Positions 35,201 to 46,000 of a stretch of 64,000 bases of DNA are shown in pieces. The stretch covers positions 112,654,001-112,718,000 of the forward strand of contig NW_026262581.1 in the NCBI RefSeq assembly GCF_021869535.1, written 5' to 3'. This stretch comes from Mytilus californianus. Its lineage: Eukaryota. Below the pieces are notes generated by a model that was given only the letters and a program-made list of their open reading frames with translations, did no database searches and was not told the origin of the DNA. The position numbers and the translations under genes were made by a program. The stretch's first letter is position 1. Each line of letters starts with the position of its first letter.

Positions 35201-37948
35201 TTGTAGTATAATTTCAGAGAGATCCATACACCGTTCCACAGTTATTGTCTGGAAACTAGAAAATGCTTATTTTTGGCCCCTAATTCCTTAACTGTTGGTA
35301 CCATAACCCCCAAAATCAATCCCAACCTTCCTGTTGTGGTATTTAACCTTATGGTCAAATTTCAAAAAGATCCATTCACTTAAACTAAAGTTAGAGTGCA
35401 AAAACCAATGTGTCTTCGGACGACGACGCCGGACGACGACGACGCCAACGTCATACCAATATACGACCACCAAATTTTTTTGCGGTCGTATAAAAAACGA
35501 TTATTACTCCCGGACCCCCCCTAAATATTCAATCTGTATTTTTGTATGTTGAGCGTGTCCGGTCGTCGGGTTTCTAATCCAGACACACCTATCCATCAGT
35601 ATGTCCTGAATATGAATGATTGTTTATTCTTGAAGAAGTGGGGGGGGGGGGGGGGGGCTTTTTTTTTTATAAAACCGTAACACATGAAATATATTCATGA
35701 TTACCTTCATTAATCTGATACAAGTAAGTACTTTGAATTATAATATTGCCTTTATCTTTAGTCTCTTCTACCAAATACAACGCTTGACCCAAAATGTCGT
35801 CCGCCTTATACCCATCCATATTGACAACTGCATACAAGGAGCATGATGTTTTGATTTTTTGTGTAATAAGAATACACGAAACGGTCAACCTTGCCTTGCT
35901 GATTCATATTAGCACATTGATTTAACAGGAATATGCAAAGCAGCAATTTTGACATTTGTGAAATCTACTCACTTGTCAAAGTTTAAACGAAGATAGTCAA
36001 AGTAAGGTTACTAGAGGGTTTCATCTAAAAAAAAATCTTCTAAATCATGGTTTGATATTGTCAATAAATATGCTGTCCGTTCTTTTTCATTTAATAATCA
36101 ATGTAAACAAATATAGGGTTTAGCATCAGGTGTAAGTTAGTTATACACCTATCCCTCGGTGTATAACTATTACTTAACATTCGAAGTAACAGAGAACTGG
36201 AAGTTGGTAAATGAGAGATCTGAAAACTACTCACACTTTACAACTGGCTGTCAAGCTGTTGACTAAATATAAATTAATTCTGTTCAGTAGTACCTAATAA
36301 AAGTGTGACAGAAATATATTTTGAATGAAAGGACAAACGGAAGAATGCACAATACAATACAACCTTCACTCCTAGGGGAGTAGAAATATAATAACATGTA
36401 AAGCTACAGGTGACCATGTATAGAATAACCCATTTTAAGTTTGGAGGTTTAGGCAAACTTGGACAGAAGTACCTGTATTAAATGTAAAGCTACAGATGGC
36501 TTTAGAAATACCTGTTTTAGATGTAAAAGCTACAGCGACTTTAGATAGCATTACCTGTAATAGGTGTAAAGCTATGTGTGAACTTAGACAGAACAAGAAA
36601 CGATTGTATCAGGATGCTGTTACTAAGTCTCCCAAAAAAAGTCCCCATAAGTATAAACCCTTAAGGACTCCCCTGTTATTCATTCATTTCTCCGATTTTT
36701 TAAAAATGTTTTGTGTAAATGGAAAAAAAAAATTATCAAGGTCAAAGTTATGTGACCATTGACCTTTTGACCTAATGTAGGCCACATGTTCCCTTTGTCA
36801 TTACTGCAGACCCCATGTGGCTATCCATGTGGTTTCAAGTTATAATCATTTGAAAATAAAAAATATAAAAATCCCATAGGATACTATAGTAAACCCCTCC
36901 CTTCTTTTGGCCCCTCAAAGTACCCCTTTATAGACCCCAATGCACAAACAAAACCCTGATGGACCCACTAGACATATATGTCTAACATAATGTGGAACCC
37001 TCAGTAAATCTGACAAGTGGTTTTGGAAAACTGCTGTGGGCAAGTTCAAATTTGAAAAAGCTTTGTTTGGGAGACTTAATTACCTGTATTAGATGTAAAA
37101 CTACAGGTGACCTTAGACAGAATTACCTGTATTGGATGTTAAGCTACTTGCCTGCATCAGATATAAAGCTACATGTGTCCTTAGACAGAGCTGCCTGAAT
37201 TAGATGTTAAGCTACATGTGACCTTAGACAGAATAACATGTATTAGAAGAAAAGCTACAGGTGAACTTAGATAGAATAACCTGTATTAGATATAAAGCTA
37301 ATATGACCTAAGTCAAAATTACCTGTATTAAATGTAAAACTACAGGCGACTTCAGAAAGAAATAGCTGAAATTAATTGTGAAACTAGTTGACCTTATAGT
37401 ATCAATTAGTTCAAAGGTGACCTTTGATAGAATTACATATATAAGATAAAAAGCTAAGGTGACCTCAGACAAAATTACCTGCATTAGACAGAGTTTTATG
37501 ACTCTGAAAAGAGAATTCCTGATGTATTGTCATGCTACAATAAATAAATCTCAAGTGTTCAAAACTGGTAATCTGTTAAAGTTCTGCTACTACCCAAGTT
37601 CCTATACAGAAATGAAAGCGAATCTGACTTTGACAATACCATGAACTTATATTCAGTCAAGTGTAACAGGTTTATTTTCTTCTTCAGAAACTGAATATGA
37701 TAGTTAAATCCTACACAGATTCAGAGCAAGAAGAAGCCAGTCTGAAATGTTTGGGAGAACAAACCAAATCTGTACCCAACCAAATTCTACATGCTGAACC
37801 TAGCCAACCTCAATCTTATGAAAGAAGTTTATCTAATTTGTCTTTTTCAAGAGCTTTCACATTCTCAGTATTTGACCTACCAGATGAATATAGGGAAAAG
37901 AATAAACAACTACAAAGAAGAGCATATACTGCTATCAAGTCTCGTTAA
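8231..37948 (+). CDS. Uncharacterised, roughly 1495-aa low-complexity protein, 12 coding exons
   Basis: Phase-consistent GT-AG exons: 8231-8335, 8944-9093, 9813-10004, 11445-11901, 13546-14260, 14701-14774, 14954-15352, 15907-17584, 26729-26812 (weakest), 27263-27453, 30175-30356, 37688-37948. Total 4488 nt with no internal stop; ATG in AGCATGG context; probable 5'UTR exon at 6778-6818. No domain recognised. Confidence 0.8.
10166..10400 (-). mobile_element. tRNA-derived SINE (V-domain-like)
   Basis: Minus-strand head GGGCCTCGGTAGTCGTGTGGTCTAAG (A box-like) and GTTGTGATTTCGATCCC (B box-like); body GGTGGTTCTCTCCGGCTACTCTGGCTTCTTCCACC resembles the V-SINE central motif. Confidence 0.7.
10722..11002. 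mobile_element. MITE of about 280 bp with terminal inverted repeats
   Basis: TAGGGAGCTACCATTTGATTTTTA at the left end; TAAAAATCAATGTTAGCTCCCTTA at the right end; internal TCCTGCCTTTT motifs. Confidence 0.75.
12760..13300. repeat. Degenerate tandem array of about 165 bp (about 3 units), HINE-like
   Basis: GGTTGAACGGTTCATAAGTAATTGCACGG-like motif recurs at about 12916, 13083 and 13246. Confidence 0.6.
13837..14040 (+). repeat. Coding 42-bp (14-aa) repeat ETPPLADLVQREVA, about 5 copies
   Basis: In frame within exon 13546-14260; GATTTAGTAC at 13863 and 13905. Confidence 0.92.
16386..17145 (+). repeat. Coding 48-bp (16-aa) repeat AADQVLDASGYRQNSS, 16 copies
   Basis: In frame within exon 15907-17584; 16 units counted in the translation. 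Confidence 0.95.
17955..18618. mobile_element. 664-bp MITE, copy 1 (superfamily unassigned)
   Basis: TIRs GGTAGCACGCCACAGTTAG / CTAACTGTGGAGTGCTACC; internal sequence colinear with 23166-23828. Confidence 0.85.
19013..19078. other. DIRS internal complementary region (ICR)
   Basis: ATTTATGAAGGTGAGTATTTAATTTACAAAAC-TA-CATCAAATACCTCACCTTCATAAATTTAGATA equals the reverse complement of the left end joined at TA to the reverse complement of the right end. Confidence 0.9.
19150..19623 (-). pseudogene. DIRS methyltransferase-start / tyrosine recombinase C-terminal remnant
   Basis: WDRSHILVDLFATSLN joined to CPMRTLLLYL...RLFI...TISTWI, then frameshifted HQVRAL...FYNQYLR. Confidence 0.8.
20270..22903 (+). 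mobile_element. 5'-truncated L2/CR1-group LINE inserted in the DIRS RT
   Basis: ORF2 C-terminus LEKVHSKFCKAVLGLKKTATNIGARSELGR...FRLSDHSLGIELGRY...RLCKKC...DDEFHFFLYC with two in-frame stops near 20680-20711; 3' end AATAAAGATTATTATTAT; splits DIRS codons PPEEKI|KLVSALMQF. Confidence 0.88.
21264..22803 (+). mobile_element. HINE-like element with tandem array of about 147 bp, inserted in the LINE 3'UTR
   Basis: 5' hairpin TGTCGAGCCTGCGAC-TTTT-GTCGCAGAAAGCTCGACA, then (GGC)n microsatellite and about 9 units with GACCTTGACCTCATTTTCATGG; 3' GGCGAGACA...GTGTGCACTCTTGT. A reverse partial copy starts at 51716. Confidence 0.82.
23166..23828. mobile_element. 663-bp MITE, copy 2, inserted in the DIRS RT
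   Basis: TIRs GGTAGCAATACACAGT / ACTGTGTATTGCTACC; interrupts NFKAM-x-FGLSTAP. Confidence 0.85.
24808..26208 (-). pseudogene. DIRS gag-like ORF1 remnants
   Basis: Broken Pro/Ser-rich ORFs upstream of pol, including a helical segment ENNLRFLTYVLETAE...FILAKRQEIL, in the position expected for DIRS ORF1. Confidence 0.6.
28008..28265. repeat. Long imperfect palindrome (arms of about 80 bp)
   Basis: CAAACTTATCCGTTGCGGTAAATT..TACTGTTCAGACAATTCGCTTGCA versus TGCAAGCGTATTATCTGAGCAGTA..AATTTACCGCAGCGGATAAGTCTG. Confidence 0.8.
28666..29023 (-). mobile_element. Full-length tRNA-derived SINE (Meta-domain-like) with 13-bp TSD
   Basis: Head ACCGCCTCGGTGGTCTCGTGGTAGCG with GGTTCGAACCC B box; (ATC)n-like tail; direct repeat CACTGGACATGAT at 28653-28665 and 29024-29036. 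Confidence 0.88.
30400..31290 (+). repeat. Degenerate 42-43-bp repeat cluster, proximal block
   Basis: Variants of ACCTGTATTAGATGTAAAGCTACAGGTGACCTTAGACAGAATT directly downstream of exon 30175-30356. Confidence 0.8.
31983..35496 (-). mobile_element. Large HINE-like element with a 126/136-bp higher-order tandem array (may be composite)
   Basis: Right end has (GAC)n plus hairpin TATACGACC...GGTCGTATA; left end has a matching GATACAACCGC motif and terminal hairpin; 18 subunits at about 32150-34460. Confidence 0.72.
36390..37520 (+). repeat. 43-bp repeat cluster, distal block (interrupted by 36608-37080)
   Basis: Period 43 checked at 37082/37125 and 37201/37244/37287. Confidence 0.85.
36608..37080 (-). 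mobile_element. Short HINE-like element lacking a tandem array
   Basis: Inverted motif TAAGTCTCCC / GGGAGACTTA near the ends; ends shared with 54708-56030. Confidence 0.65.
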
Positions 37949-38759
37949 CAATGGATATTTCAACAACAAAAAATGGAGACAACATTTGAAAATTATTTAT
38001 TTGAAAATGATGTTTATACCATTAAAACATTATTCTAATATTAAAACCATTCCATACTAATTTTATATTTTTCATATCATTTTGCTTTTATGGAATATCC
38101 GTTTCACGGATGACAATAGATATGTTCCAATTGTCATAACTACCATCCTGATCCTGTTGCCTCTCTTTTACATAGTGTAAATTTAGAATTGAGTCAAAAA
38201 CACAATTTGTTTAAACATGGATTTTTTTAGCATGAATCTTCCAAATGTGTTGTGTGCTGCCAACATAGTACAGCAACACAATTAAATGTCTTTAATCATT
38301 CTCTATCTGCATAAAAAAATTTCAACTGTTTTGATTTGATTGGTATGATAAGTCCAATGATGACAAAAAATATGTCTGGCATACCAAATTATAAGCCTGG
38401 TATCTGTTATGAGTTAAATCACTGGGTTAATGCCACTACTGGTGCACTTTTGTGTTGACATGAAATATCATTGAGTAGTCAGCACGTTTGTGTTGACATG
38501 AAGTATCGTTGATATATTAATTTGATGTAAATTTATTGTTTTTAAATTGTTCAATTATTCAAAATACTAAGGTTTATCCAACACAAGGTATAGATTGCCG
38601 TAGCACAACTTTTTGGAATTGTTTGGTAGTAAATGCTCTTCCAAGTTTGTTTTTGATTTGCCCTTCTAACTGTTTTGATTTGAGCATCACTGATGAGCCT
38701 GGTATCTTTAAGTTTTCACAATCTGGATTATAAAAATCATCATTTTTTAGGATTTTCAA

Positions 38760-39422
38760 AACTATTCAATATAAATACCCAAATTTAAGTCAAGGTCAGA
38801 TTAACTCTTTCAGATCAACATAGACACCTTAGAATGAATTTGCTCCGTGTTTAAAACTTCATTATGACTGAGATGAAAAACAAAAATAAAAGCACTGCAC
38901 CTTTGCTTCAGGTTTTGTCAGTTAGATGTAGGAGTTATAATGTCCTTATACCAAATACCATTGACTTATTATAAGTCGTTCCATTTAAACAAACCTAAAC
39001 ACAAACATTAACTTGTAAACTTTGTAAAAGTTTCAAAGTCAATGAACCATTATGAGGGGGTGGGGCTATATTATCTCCATGGAAACGATACTTGCAAATG
39101 CCAATAAATTTGCATACCAAATATTGACTTCACATTATCAGTTCATCTTAAACTGATCTAATCACAAACTAACACATGTAAACTAAGCAAATGTTTCAAG
39201 GTCAATAGACCATGACTGAGGGGGCAGGGCCAAATAATCTCCATGGAAATGATATGTGCCAATGCTTATACAACTGTATACCAAATATCATTGACCTACC
39301 ACTTGTGGTTCACCATAAACTAGACCTAATCACAAACTAATACATTGTTGATGCCGCCACCACCGACACTGGAAACAGCATACCTATGTCTCGCTTTTTG
39401 ACTCTGTCAAGGCGAGACAAAA
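38760..39422. mobile_element. HINE-like element with degenerate units of about 165 bp
   Basis: Terminal hairpin TGTCTCGC...GGCGAGACAAAA preceded by GCC-rich microsatellite; CCAAATA(TC)ATTGAC recurs at about 38950, 39117 and 39281. Confidence 0.6.
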
Positions 39423-40051
39423 GTACACAATACCTCTTGTGTTCCATTGCATTTTTCCAAGATAGTATGTTTTAGCATTTTTCAGATTTTTTAGTTTAAA
39501 AGATTTGCAGTTTTGATTTATATAATTTAGAGATTTAGTTTTACAAAAAAAGTTGAAATCTTCTGCAAGTATCAAAATAGTCCAATAACTTAGCAAGTTG
39601 AGGTTACTGCAGAAATTAAGAAACTACCATTATCATCCATAGGTCCTTGAAAATGAGCACAAGACAAATTGACATATGCCAAAATGGAAATTTCAGATCT
39701 TTTATACAATATGTGAATAGTCTAGCTCTTCTAGCCTCTGAAATATTAAGCTTTATCAAATAAACTAACACTGTTACCTCACTGCCAAATTAGCATACTA
39801 ATATCTTGCCTATAGCAACATTTGTCACATTTCTTACAAAAAGCACCTACAACATCTCATCTACTGGTAAGGCAGAGAGTAGAACAGTTTATGTTTGTTT
39901 TTTTACATTGTCAAATTCAATGGTCAAGAATTCAAAAAAACCTGTAGCATAATTACTCTTTATATAACTAAATAGAATTCATCATCACAATTTCACGAAG
40001 AATGGCTGAAAACTACTCTATAGTGTGTATAATTACACCAAGCATATACAA

Positions 40052-43000
40052 TCACAACTGATTAAGTGGGGTGATTCCTAACAAGCTGAGTGCATGACAC
40101 ATAATTTGATGAGTGACCTTCAACAGATACAGTCTTGCATACATTGTAGGCAACAGGTGTTCTCTGTTTTCCTGAAATAAAAAGATAAGATTTTTTTAAT
40201 ATGTGTCAGCAACAGTTACATCTCTGATGACTTAGAATTTGTTTCACTGATGATATGGTGGATGAGACAGTCACTAACTATGTGTACCCAACAAAGGAAC
40301 AATTGAGACAATAAACACTAATTTTTCATAAATACCAAGCATATTCTTCATGATTTTGATAATATCATATCAATCATTTCTTTAATGTTAACAGATTTTC
40401 AGGGTTATTATCAGATAATGTTAAAATATATAACTATGATCAAATTTTAGTACAACTCTCTAATGGCTGTATTTTTGTTACAGTGTCTTGAGTACAGATT
40501 GGTTATTGGCAGTGTACTTTTAACATGCAATCTACTTCATTTTAACTTTGGTGGATAGTTGTCTCATTGGCAATCATACCACATCTCCTTATTTTTATAG
40601 AAGACTTGGGGACAAAATAAATCAAATAACAAATTCAGTTTTTTAGTGTCATTGTGTTGTTGTCTCAATGATCCAAATCCCACATCTCCTTCATATTGTA
40701 AACTTTATAAATCACAGACATGCAAGACATTATGATACAGTTAATATCTGTCAGGGACCATTCAGTGTTTGTACTTATCTAAAAATTGATGCATCAGGAG
40801 ATTAGCCTATGATTAAATTTCTCTTAATTTCATACTGATTTTGTCTTATCTATATTACATTAATCTATTGTGTTTGTGTTCTACAATGAGTTTTTAAAAA
40901 TTAAAATCTCCCTTCTTTTTTCAAGTTATTAAACAAGTCATCTTTGTGCATGTCTTTATTTCTTGACTAACATTCATACCTTTTTACTCTAGTGACTTAC
41001 CCCTAGAACATGTGTTCTGCTGTAGTATGAACTGAGATGCCTGCTTAAACTGACCAGAAAATTACACACCTACGAAGAATAAGTAAATTTAAAAGAATTT
41101 TTTTTTAAATGTAGTTATCTCCATTTTATAAATAGTGATTGTTTTTGAGCTCCTTAAAACAACATCTTCTCACACTCACTATCATTGTTGACATACAAAG
41201 TTCTTTGTGGTATATTTCTACAAGTGAATTTAAAAAGGATATAAGATGAAGTTGGCCAGGTAGTATTTACATTCCGGAATTTAGGTTGCTCTTTTGTGTA
41301 CCCTACTTAAGTCAATGTATCTGAACAGTGTGATTGGACGAAAAATACAGTATCTACTGAACATACTTTCCCAAACTCAGGGATGAATCAGGTGTAGAAA
41401 AATATGAAATAATTTTACCTACAGGTGAAAATGAATTTTTAAGAATTTTTTTTAATTTTGTATTCACTGTATAAAAGACCGAAAAGCACTAGTGGCCTTA
41501 GGTTTATAAAGATAGCAAAAAAAGTAATTGGTCATCATACATATTCAAATTAATTTCTGAATATTATAATGAAAGTACTTCAGTAAACTGTGTATGTAGA
41601 ATTTTGGGCAGTGTTCGAAAGTGGTGAAAATTCTAAAAAGGCCATCATTATCTCTATGGGCCAGGAAATACTACCGTGCCACCTGAAAGAGTTACATCAG
41701 AAAAAAAGAAGCAGTTACTTGAAAAATTGACAGAAAATACTCAACTTGCTGAACCAGGTTGTCTGTAAGAGATAAGGTATTTTTTCCAATTGACACAATA
41801 CCTCTTTTACGTATGAGTAAGAGTTGTTTTCAAATGAGAGAAAAAATTTTGTTTATTAATTATTGACAAACATGCACTATAATTCAGATCTTTTAAAGTA
41901 TCCTAATTATGAAACAATGAAACAAGCACAGCATGGAGTTACAGATTTAAACTGGAGCTTTGTCAATTGAATAGAGTATAATCAACAATAAGACTGCCTT
42001 AAAATTCTTTTTACAAGGAAAGTCAAGATAATGCAGTAATAAGTCTTTATCAACAAGAGACAGATGGGCCTGTTCCATCCTTGTTGTTACTGAACAAGCT
42101 GTTTGGTCTCCAAAAGAAGTTAGAAATTTAAAATCCATATACGTTAAGTGTAATTGTGTAATATAGAAGCTAACTTTATGAACCAAAGTTTATTTATTTA
42201 CTTTAAATTTTGTATTATCTTGTCTCAATCACTGGGGGCACTTTCAATTTTACTAACTTTCAATATTTCATGAGGTAACTCTTAAACTACAAGTTTTTTA
42301 AGGCTTTAAGTATTGTAACAAAAGTAGAAGGGTAATTGGTCAAAGCAAACTTTAATTATCATCTAAAATACATCTATTTAGATTGAACATATAACCAGAT
42401 GGAAAGAAAAATCAAAAACTTTTTGTTTTCATTTTTTTTTGCCACGAACCATAAAAAGATTAAATGCCTATCATTACCTTATGACAGTGAATTTTAGAAA
42501 TTATACTGTCTTCAGGTATGAACTGCTCTGTTGTTTCTGCTATCAGCTCTCCATAAATAAAGATGTAATTGTAAAGTAATTCCCATTCATCCTAAAATAC
42601 ATAACCATTTGATAAGTTGACAAACTTCAAAACTGAACCCCCCCACAAAAAAACAACAACATGAAAATGACTCTTAAATTCCAGCATAGTCAGGGGTAGG
42701 AGTTATCTCACCAACATTATCTTGATCATTTACAGGGTTGGTTAAGCAGCTCAAAACTAAAAATTCTTCAAAGTAATAAGGGAAACATTGTATTCAACAT
42801 AACATAAACTAATAGTTATTTTAATACAAACCTCCTCTCTAAGTGTTGAAAAGTCTAGACTATTAATCTCTGGTAGTGGTGGATATATACCTGGAACATT
42901 ACAAAACAAAATAATCAAATACTGATGGATACATTAAACAGCTGTAGTCTATTAATGATTTTATGTGCTTGTATTTCCTATAGAGCCATGGATAAAACAA

Positions 43001-46000
43001 TTTTCAAGATGATGAACATTATTAGCAACATATATATACATTTTCATGAAATCTATAGAGAACTGTGAGTGTGATATGCTTAAAAGGCAACTTTTAATAT
43101 AATTTATATCAGCAAGGGGATAACTCTATTTAAATTATCAATCAGTACTGGTTTTTGAACTAGGCCCAAATATTGTTATCAATCTCATACCAAGTCCACA
43201 AAAGTTGTAAATCTTTACTTAAGTGTGAGCTTTTACAAGGCTATTTTTTTATACATTTTGTATTTCCAAGGGCATAACTCTCAGAAGACAAAATTGACCA
43301 AAACTGGTTTTTGAACTGAAACAAAGTATTGTTGATATAAAACACTTTCAATATTTCAATTAAAATCCATCGGGAACTGTACAGATGAACGTACTTACAA
43401 GGTGGATGCATGCCCTGCACGTCCAAAGGGTTGGGCATGATAAAAATTTTCACTTAGGCTAGTCGTATTTCAACATTTGTGCACTTTTTTTATTAATGTT
43501 TAGATACTAAATCCCCACCAACAGAACAATTAACATGATTATATTATGTATGGAAAAAACAGTTGAGGAAGGTTTGATGAATATAAAAAAAGATGAACAT
43601 ACCTTTTGAAACATTTTCTTCAAAATGTTTAAATAATGTAGCCAATCTAGCACAGTTGTACATAACAAATGCCCCTGATCTGTTATCTATGCCTCCTCCA
43701 AATTCTTGGCCTTGTGATAAATCTAACTTCAACTGTGGAATATTTAATACATGTGAAACTAGACTCAGATTAAAGCATTGGTTCATAATTCTGCTTAAAT
43801 TATCAAGTTATAATATTCTCATAATTCTGTAATCAGTTTTGTGAACCAGATTGAAAATCAAGAGGTCTCAAGGAGATCTACTGGTATTGCAAAAGAATAA
43901 TCCTGGCTATACATGTCTTGGAAAGATAAAATTTTCCTTATCATTACCTTTATTTACCAATGACACAATGTTGCATCAATAAACAAAACACACAATCATG
44001 AAACGAAATTATGGAAGGATAACCTCATCACAATTTTATTAAAAACTGATCACTGACTTGATTTACATACTACATGTACTATTTGTTTAAGAGTTGTCAA
44101 ATATCCAATATACAATTTCAATGTAAAATCTTGTGAAAGTATAAAACTTTTGGCAACTAATAAAAATTGTAGCTAAAAGTAATCAAATAAACCTCAATTT
44201 TAAGGTAGTCAAATTTTTAACAATCAAAATGACAAATTTGCATATAGACCTCACCAGAAATTCCAGAAATTCATTTCCTGAAGAATTAATTTTACTCTAA
44301 ACTTATAATTTGAATCAGGTTATTTCCATTGTCGGGAAGTAGAACTGCTTCGAAACAATGAAGCTCAATGAGGAGTCAATGATTAGGGGTTTACAAACCA
44401 TATTGGTTTAAAGATAATCTTTGGTTTATATAAATATGAAAATAATTAATGTTTTTTTGCAATTCAACAAACGTCATTAAACTCAATCATAAAGCTTAAA
44501 ATGTTTGTAAATAAAAGAAACATTTAACTAATTTTAGTAACAGTGAAATCATGTAACACAGCTATGCTTATTTGAATATACATACATACCACATTTTTGT
44601 GACTAGACATAAGAAATTCAAATTTTAAACTGGCCATTGTCAATCTGAAAATAGTATTTTCCCATTTAGGTCCTATAAAATAAAAAACATTATAAACCAA
44701 ATTTAGCATCATAAGTAAAAAATTTATATGTAATACACAATTGCAATAAAATAGTGTTATTTTACTAGTCATACCTTGAGATTGATCAATTCTTTTTTAA
44801 ACAAATTACAAAGCCTAACAAATGTATTCTTTACCCCTTCAGTTTATAAGATATCAGGATGTAGTCATAAATCAGGATCTCCCTATGATAATACGATAAA
44901 CCAACTTCATGTACAGTATTTCAAAAGAAAAAGGTTACCGATCATATTAGAATAAAACTGTGAAATATCAATCTCCAAAAAAATTGAACCATGTGCAGCA
45001 GTAAAATGTCAGGTGATTTTATTGATGCCATAACTCACTTTGGTAATACATGTTTTTAAAACATACCTTTGACTTTGTCTCCGTACTTCATAACAGAAGC
45101 ATCTTTCATCTGTTCAAATCTTGTTCTAAAACGTATATTGAAATCATGCAATATAATTCTGTAATAAGTTTGGTTGTATCCTTTCTTATTAAGTTTTAAA
45201 GTTATTGTAACATATTTTCTTTAACTGTGTATTTTCACTAAAATGGTTTTGTAAACAGGATACCATGAATACATTACAATCCAGAGTTCAAAAGTATTGA
45301 CTTTTCCCAGCTGGCTATCTAGTACATTTACACAAAATAATTTCTCCATTTAATTAATCAAATTTGAATTTTCCACTTGAAAGTATTGGTAAACATGTGT
45401 ATGATTTCTTTTGTAACTGCTGGAAATAAATAAAACTATCAAATATACAACAAGGGATGTAAAACTCACTGTATAAATTCTTCTGCTGTCAAAGCTTTAT
45501 AATGACTGCTCCCTTGCCTACTGGAAACTAAACCATAGTTAATATGAATCTGTAAGTAACAATATATCACTGTTGGTTACTAGTATATACAAAAAGCTTT
45601 TTGTTTAAAAAATTTTTTTTTTTCTCATTTATGAATTTGGTGGTGACAATTAATCTATGATGGGCATTACTAAAATCATTCATGACCTCTCTGGACTTGG
45701 GGCAGTTTTGAGATTGACATATGGGATGAACTAACTGCAAACTTGTCTATCAATGAAACTCTTGTGCTGGTCCTGAAGATTAATACAATAAACAGAAATT
45801 TTTAATTCTAACAAATACATAGCATATTCATCAAATGCAAAAGCATTGATATACAATAATTCATAAAGTGTAAAATATAGCCCTCATGGGATGATCCTAA
45901 TGCGAGGGTAAAATAACATAATGAATAATGCAAGAAAATTCTCTCTCACAATCTTAATACCTGGCTAATATTTTGTTCTCCAAATAATGCTCTCCATAAC

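Noticed and set aside
30400-37520. CRISPR-like array (short palindromic 43-bp repeats)
   Set aside because: Units are head-to-tail with no unique spacers, degenerate, in a eukaryotic intron, with no cas genes.
41947-42186. 79-aa minus ORF as an extra DALRD3 exon
   Set aside because: The flanking exons already join in phase and match the DALR domain without it.
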